Shown here: piece by piece, positions 57,435 to 64,000 of the stretch
How the letters are laid out: every line of letters begins with the position of its first letter
Numbering within the stretch: the first letter of the stretch is position 1
Source of the DNA: Pristiophorus japonicus
Taxonomy: Eukaryota
Length of the DNA stretch: 64,000 bases
Assembly (NCBI RefSeq): GCF_044704955.1
Contig: NC_091994.1
Span: 111,228,001 to 111,292,000, forward strand
Reading direction: 5' to 3'
Position numbers and translations under genes: made by a program
The notes under the pieces: model-generated
Told to the model about the DNA's origin: nothing
The model's database searches: none
Seen by the model: the letters and a program-made list of their open reading frames with translations, nothing else

Positions 57435-58223
57435 AACAACTTGCATTTATATAGCGCCTTTAATGTAGTAAAACAACCCATGGCGCTTCACAAGAGCACT
57501 ATCAAACAAAATTTGACACCGAGCCACATAAGGAGAAATTAGGGCAGGTGGTCACAGAGGTAGTTTTTAAGCAGCGTCTTAAAGGAGGAAAGAGAGGTAG
57601 AGAGGCGGAGAGGTTTAGGGAGGGAGATCCAGAGCTTATGGCGCAGGCAACAGAAGTCACGGCCACCAATGGTTGGACGATTATAATTAGGGATGCTCAA
57701 GAGGGCAAAATTTGAGGAACACAGACATCTCATAGGGTTGTGACTCACAACTTGTGAGGCTGAAAGAGCTTACAGAGATAGGGAGGGGCGAGGCCATGGA
57801 GGGATTTGTAAACAAGGATGAGAATTTTGAAATTTAGGCGTTGCTTAACCGGGAGCCAATGTAGGTCAGCGAGCACAGGGTTGATGGGTGAGCGGGACTT
57901 GGTGCGAGTTAGGACACGGGCAGCCGAGTTTTGGATCACCTCTAGTTTTAATGTAGCAAAACCCATACCAAGGCGCTTCACAGGAGCATTATCAAACAAA
58001 ATTTGACACCGAGCCACATAAGGAGATATTAGGACAGAAGACCAAAAGCTTGGTCAAAGAGGTAGGTTTTAAGGAGCGTCTTAAAATGAGGAAGGAGCGG
58101 TAGAGCGGCAGAGAGGGAGGGAATTCCAGAACTTGGGGCCCAGGCAACTGAAGGCACGGCCACCAATAGTGGAGCGATTAAAATCGGGGATGCTCAAGAG
58201 GCCAGAATTAGTGGAGCGCAGAT
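57435..58223 (-). mobile_element. Two tandem L2-clade LINE 3' fragments (57435-57945 and 57946-58223)
   Basis: IQNSAARVLTRTKSRSPINPVLADLHWLPVKQRLNFKILILVYKSLHGLAPPYL, the L2-clade C-terminal hallmark. Confidence 0.88.
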
Positions 58224-58667
58224 AGTGATAAACTTCAGTGAATACCCCTGCCCAAGTGGCCCAGAGCTGAATTATCAACCAACTTCTATTTCAGCCCACT
58301 CCATTCCCTCATAATGACTCTTTTAAAATCCTAAGCACTCTTGGTGGTCTGTACAAATTTGCAGTTCCCCCAATCTTGCCTCCTGACTCAGTGGCTACAT
58401 TACAATTGTGAACATTACAGTAGGATAGTAAACATGGTCTAGGTTTGGAAGCATATTACATACCTTTTCACCACAATTAAAGGACACCACCCTGCAGAAC
58501 ACATGTGTGTGTGTTGCTCTGCTAAAGTATATGAATCATTTGTCCATGTCAGATTCCCTGCTAACATGATTGGGCCTGATTCAGCAAACCTAAAAGAAAT
58601 GCCATTTTTAATTGTATTTTCTCCCCAATTTTTTTATGCCCTCCCAAACTAGGCAAGTAGTCAGGTG

Positions 58668-59230
58668 GTCTTCTTCTCCTTTTTCTTCCGTATGGTAGCA
58701 GCAAAGCAAATCAAAAGGTCAATATCCCAGTCGGATATCCAGGCCAAAGCTTCCGGTGTAACAGCGTGGATATCTCGGAAGCTGCCTGTGAATTCCCTCT
58801 GAGGGCAGTGCTCGATGATGTGCTCCAGGGTCTGATTAGGAGCTCCACAGTCGCAGGATGGGAAGGCTTTAATCTTCCACCTATGGAGAAGGTGGCAGCA
58901 TCGACCGTGACCGGTTCTGAGGCGGTTGATGGTTGTCCACTGTTTGCGAGGAAGGTTTGATCCTTCAGGTTGTACTGTGGGGTTCTCTATAAGGAATACA
59001 TTCCGTATGTCGCAGTTCTTCCAAGTATTTCGCCATTGAGTAGTCAGGTGACTGCAGGAAGGCCTCCACCAATACCTATACCTGTCTGCGTTGGAGAACC
59101 CAACAGGTGACTTGCTCATCTTGCAGCCTAACCTTCGCTCAGCACTTCTTCCATTGGCAGAGCCGAGATTGGGAATGGGTCGTGCGAGGAAACACCAGGC
59201 TGAGCCGAACGGTTCACATCAGTGTTCCAC
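58668..59230 (-). mobile_element. Vingi/Ingi-like LINE 3' fragment
   Basis: LPRKQWTTINRLRTGHGR..SCDCGAPNQTLEHIIEHCP; ccatacggaagaa tail. Confidence 0.78.
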
Positions 59231-59487
59231 CCACAAGCGCCCATCTTCATTTACTTTTATTAATCGTACAAACTTGCAATATTCCTAAATTAAAAATTTG
59301 ATTTTTTTTAAGTCTGATTTACCCATTGAAGCTTCAACAGCATAAAAACCTGGTGGGGGCCCCACCGACTGACCGAATTAACCGCATGCTGCAGTGAAAA
59401 AAGTCTCAGGCACAAAATCCTCTAAATGAATTCACTGAAACAGGAGTTGGCAACACTAAGGGTGATGCCCTCTTTACCTACCATATG

Positions 59488-59991
59488 TCAGCCGTAGCTT
59501 AGTGGGCAGCACTCTCTCTCGCCTCTGAGTCAACAGGTTGTGGGTTCAAGTCCCACTCCAGGGACTTGAGCACAAAAATCCAGGCTGACACTCCAGTGCA
59601 GTGCCGAGGGAGTGGTGCACTGTTGGAGGGACAATACTGAGGGAGTGCCGCACTGTCGGAGGTGCCTACTTTCGGGATGCGACGTTAAACTGAGGCCCCG
59701 TCTGCTCTCTCAAGTGGACGTAAAAGATCCCATGGCACTATTTTGAAGAAGAGCAGGGGAGTTATCCCCGGTGTCCTGGGCCAATATTTATCCCTCAACC
59801 AACATTACAAAAACAAATTATCTGGTCATTATCACATTGCTATTTGTGGGAGCTTGCTGTGCGCAAGTTGGCTGCTGTGTTTCCTACATTACAACAGTGA
59901 CCACACTCCAAAAGTATTTCATTGGCTGTAAAGCGTTTTGAGACATCCGGTGGTCGTGAAAGGCACTATATAAATGCAAGTCTTTCTTTTA
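59488..59991 (+). mobile_element. Full-length Deu-domain SINE with a duplicated internal unit
   Basis: A/B boxes at 59495-59555, Deu core, tail ctatataaatgcaagtctttc. Confidence 0.88.
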
Positions 59992-60937
59992 TATTCCCTA
60001 AACTTCAGGACTCTCGGAGGTTGTTTCACCAAGCGATATAACCTCAACACGACAAGATTGTTGAATAATTGTCACGTAGGACCACATTTCAGATTCTGTT
60101 AGCAGACCATCGGGGATCCCGGCAAGCTGGAGCCCATATTAGTGAAAGGAGACATGAACCTGCCTCACACTCCAAGCTGGTACAATTAGACCTCGCCAAG
60201 TGTACAAAGGATGCGGTTTCAAATGACCATTTAAGACAATGAGCAACATAACTGTTTGAGCAATGCAAACATTCGGAATTAATATTAAATGGAACGACTC
60301 TCGGCAACTGGGGTGAAATGAAATCGTATTTTAAATTGGACAGAAAAAAAACTTTTCTCTTTTAAATCTTATTTGTTCTTCTGTTGATTAAGGAAGGCTG
60401 AAGTAATGTATCTTCAGTTTTGTTAGTGCTGTATCTATGGCATGCTCACAGAAGATTCATTAACTTGTGGTTAAGATATGTCTGCTATGTTAAAAGTTGA
60501 ATTTATGGTTTAATGGCAACAGCAGCTTTTGGTGGCTCACACCGTACGATATCGGAGTGATTAAAGTCACATCACAGCCATTGGGAGATAGATGGAGTAC
60601 ATTTACGTACTTGCCACCCTATGTGTTGGGGGATGGGACCCCGGCTGTCTGCCCTGTTACAAAAACTGTCGCAGGCTGCCTGTCCGACAAACAGAAATTA
60701 TTTTTAGAAATGGGTCTGAAGTTTCATCCCCGTTGGCTCAATTTTAAGCTCGGTCTCAGAATTTCGCGATCGTTTCCCGTTTTATGGGCTAATTTGCACC
60801 CATTGGATAGGTGGGAGCCGACAAAACCCAACATAGACTCTATCTACAGAGTGAAGGTCTCCCACCAGGACAATCTATTTAAAGAGATGCACCCTTTCCC
60901 TTCCCTTGAGCCGCTCTCCCACCCCATTGCTTCGAGT

Positions 60938-61235
60938 GGCAGCTTGGCTCAGTGGCAGTGCTCTTGTCTCTGAGGCAGAAGGTGGTGAGCTCAAGGTCCT
61001 CCCTGGGCTTGGATCATGTAAAGTCAGCTGGTGAGCTCAAGGTGAGCCATGACGATCACACAGCCATATTCACAGAGCTACAGGCCGCCCTCAGCCACAG
61101 ACAGGTTACGTGGTCACTCACTTCACCACGCCTGTGGGATCATGCTGTGTGCTACCACACGCGCTCACATGACAACAGTCGCTGCACCACAAAGTTGATT
61201 CATTGCATGGGTGGCACGATACAAATATAAAGCTT
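60938..61235 (+). mobile_element. Highly degenerate tRNA-derived SINE
   Basis: ttggctcagtggcagtgctcttgtctctgaggcagaaggt resembles the Deu-SINE head. Confidence 0.5.
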
Positions 61236-61980
61236 TAAATAAAAAAATAAAATGTAATTTCATGTGTACGTTTCTTTGAAAACTCTGTCAGCAAACCAAC
61301 TGCTTTCGATGATTATGAATTAGTATTTGTCAGTCAAGTTTTTCTTACAAGACCTCAAATGTTCTGCGTAGATATGACTATGTGCAGATTGGACTTTTGA
61401 TGCGCAGTAAAAGATGCCAATTTCACCATATTTGTGCAAAGAAGAGAACAATAAAAGGACGAGAGAATAGAAAGGGTTTGAGATCTCAAAGTCCTGCTGA
61501 TAATGCATTTTTATGGCGGTAATAAATGAAGACAGCCTTTTATAAAAAGTTACATATTTATAAACGGTATCAAAATGTTGTAGGACACCAATGGCTGATC
61601 TGTTTCCTGCTTGTCTTTGGCATCAGTATGTTGTTGAAGTGTGATGACTCTGGGATATTTCAGCCCAGTATCTTGGACCTCTATCACTAGCAGCAAAATT
61701 CCACTCCCATGTTGGGAAGAAAATTACAACAGGAATTCCCATTGTCCACTTAACCCTGTCATTTCCCTGCAGCCAAGTGAGATCCGAGGTGACCAAGACT
61801 TTGGAACACAAGTTAAAATCGTTGCACTCCCTGCTTACAGAGACTTTAAGTTGTTCCAATATAATTTCTCTAAAGAGATTGCACAGTTCAGTTATTGAAA
61901 CAATTTGGCCAAGTTGTGCAACACAGGTTTTCAGAGTAATTAAAGATTTTTTCAGGTGTTCAGGTAAGAACTCAGGAAGC

Positions 61981-62340
61981 AACGTAGGAACAGGAGGAGG
62001 CCATTCAGCCCGTCGAGCCTGGAGTTTGGCCATTCAATTACATCATGTCTGATCTGTATCTTAACTCCATCTACGCGCCCTTGGTTCCATAACCCTTAAT
62101 ACCCTTGCCTGACATAAGAACATAAGAAATAGGAGCAGGAGTAGGCCATTTGGCCCCTCAAGCCTGCTCCACCATTCAATAAGAACCTGGCTGATCTGAT
62201 CTTGGCCTCAACTCCACTTCCCTGCCCGCTCCCCATAACCCTTGACAAAGATCTATCAATCTCAATTTTGACATTTTCAATTTACCTCCAGCCTCAACAG
62301 TTTTTTTTTAAAAAAGAGAGTTCCAGATTTCCACTGCCTG
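61981..62340 (-). mobile_element. Two nested CR1 3' tails
   Basis: An older tail from 61981 is interrupted at about 62113-62245 by a younger cataagaacataagaaatagg tail. Confidence 0.75.
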
Positions 62341-63885
62341 TGTTCAGTACTGAGTTATTCTGATAAAAAGCACTGGATTATTTTATAGTAGGCCAGCAAG
62401 ACAGACTACCTACTTTGTAAACTGCCTTGTTTCTGAACTTAACAACTTAGAACCTGGTACTGGACATGAAGATGCTGCTGGATTTTATGTTTTGATGCGA
62501 ATTGACGAAACTCACTTATGTAACACATTGAGATACAATTATAGTGCACTGCACAAGTTGGTCTCTATCATCAGTTCCTGATAGGCCACTGACCCAACCT
62601 CTCCTCAACCTCCATCTGCCCCCACTCCCACTCCTCTCCATCACCACTCGCTGCACTCACTACCTTTTAACTGGAGAGAAAGTGTGCAAAAATTAACTTT
62701 TACTCATCCTGCTATTATTCCCAATCCCGATGTTAGCAGCAAGAGCACAGCAGAACGCTCAAGAGGTCACTGGCCTGCATTTTAACCAATATCGAAAATC
62801 CCGCAAACATGTTGAGAAGGAAGGCCGTGGTGTTAGAATGGCTTAAGCCGTATCACATCAGCTCAGACGGCATCAGATGCTGACTTGTTGGCAATGTCGG
62901 ACGAAGCTAAAACCCCATGTACGTGTGATTTGTCTTTTGGAATGAAACAGTAACCTACAGAATATAACAAGAGCAGAATAAAGGGGCGGGGGGGGGGGGG
63001 TGCCTGGAGAGAGCAGGACATAATGCGGTTTAAACCACTGTATTTTTCATTTATTTTTTTATTTAATAACTGTCACATTGCTGAAAGGAGTGGAGAGTAA
63101 CTGGTGGAGAGCAGCTGCTCGTTCAACCACATTACCAGTCAATTTATAAGTTTTTGTATAGTTAAATAATACATTTACTAGAGATAGATAACACAGAATT
63201 AATATAGCAGGAAGAGCACAAACTGGAATTGAAGTGTTTGCAATACAGAAAAACACGGATACTCCGGGGAATTTGTCAACACTGGTGCAGCACATTGCAT
63301 GATAGGCCCTGGAATGTGTATTTTGTTTCACAAGTGGGCTATGCAGCTCTTTCTCGTGACTGAAATAAAATCCAGACTCCGCATGTGTGTGTTTCGATGT
63401 CCAATATTCTTATTTATTTTTACGCAGAGGGGGGAACTAACTACACTAGTGGCTGAACTATTAAGCTCGGCAGTATTGGGTGTTAGGTGTGGTGTCCTCT
63501 TATTAGTTATTCTGTGAAAATATAATTTTCTTACTGAAATTTATGAAGTATAAGACTATCAAATTAACATCTCTGATATGAAACCCGCATACCTAGAATA
63601 AATATCACACAGTACGGTGATAAACTAGAACAGTCCAGAAAAGGCAGCCTTGTTAACCTCTTTTCCCAATCATGTGACAATATTTACGCATATACGAAAG
63701 GAACCTTATTTTTTTTTAAAAAGAGGAAAGCACAGTTCAAAGCACACATCACCAAAAGAAACTGGATCAGGAGCAGCCCTCCATTAGGTGTTATTGACCA
63801 TCACCGATTGACACCTCAAGGAATGGAGGAAGCGACGAGATACAGTTCATGCTGAACACTCGGCGCAATGTGAAAGCGGTGCATT

Positions 63886-64000
63886 GGGGAGCTGGTCTGG
63901 TGGCTCAGCCGTTTTACCAGCGTGGAGCCGAGTGTCCCCAGGCCCCAGGTTCGATTCCCAGTCTCGCCCGAGTTAGCTGTTCTCAGCTGAGGTCACGGCA
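63886..64000 (+). mobile_element. tRNA-derived SINE head, different family (AmnSINE2-like from recall), running off the window
   Basis: A-box-like tggctcagccg, B-box ggttcgattccc, then gagttagctgttctcagctg. Confidence 0.55.

Noticed and set aside
60497-60973. 158-aa ORF in unique sequence
   Set aside because: Non-ATG start, no recognisable motifs, and it ends inside a degenerate SINE.

Overview
Vertebrate, most likely cartilaginous-fish (shark-type), intergenic or intronic DNA. The organism call is inferred from the repeat families. I recognise no host protein-coding gene; most of the window is retrotransposon-derived. Three related CR1 LINE subfamilies dominate, called here CR1-A (TTCTTATG tail), CR1-B (TTTCTATG tail) and CR1-C (long composite 3' UTR). 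They include one nearly intact CR1-B at 44971-48855 with an SGNH-esterase ORF1 and a 986-aa APE-RT ORF2. Also present: RTE, L2, Zenon-like CR1 and Vingi-like LINE fragments; many Deu-domain tRNA-SINEs; three solo LTRs of one family; a Harbinger-like MITE; and a minisatellite. Main observations: (1) all three CR1 subfamilies keep a correctly phased slippery heptamer (T TTA AAC or G TTA AAC) immediately before the ORF1 stop, with ORF2 open in the -1 frame and G-tracts downstream, a candidate programmed -1 ribosomal frameshift; (2) a two-copy non-coding element with a CRE/TATA-like head, a structured core and an RTE tail; (3) repeated insertion of CR1 copies into the same few nucleotides of other CR1 3' UTRs, including a four-level nest. 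Boundaries of old repeats are approximate, and family names come from recalled motifs, not database searches.
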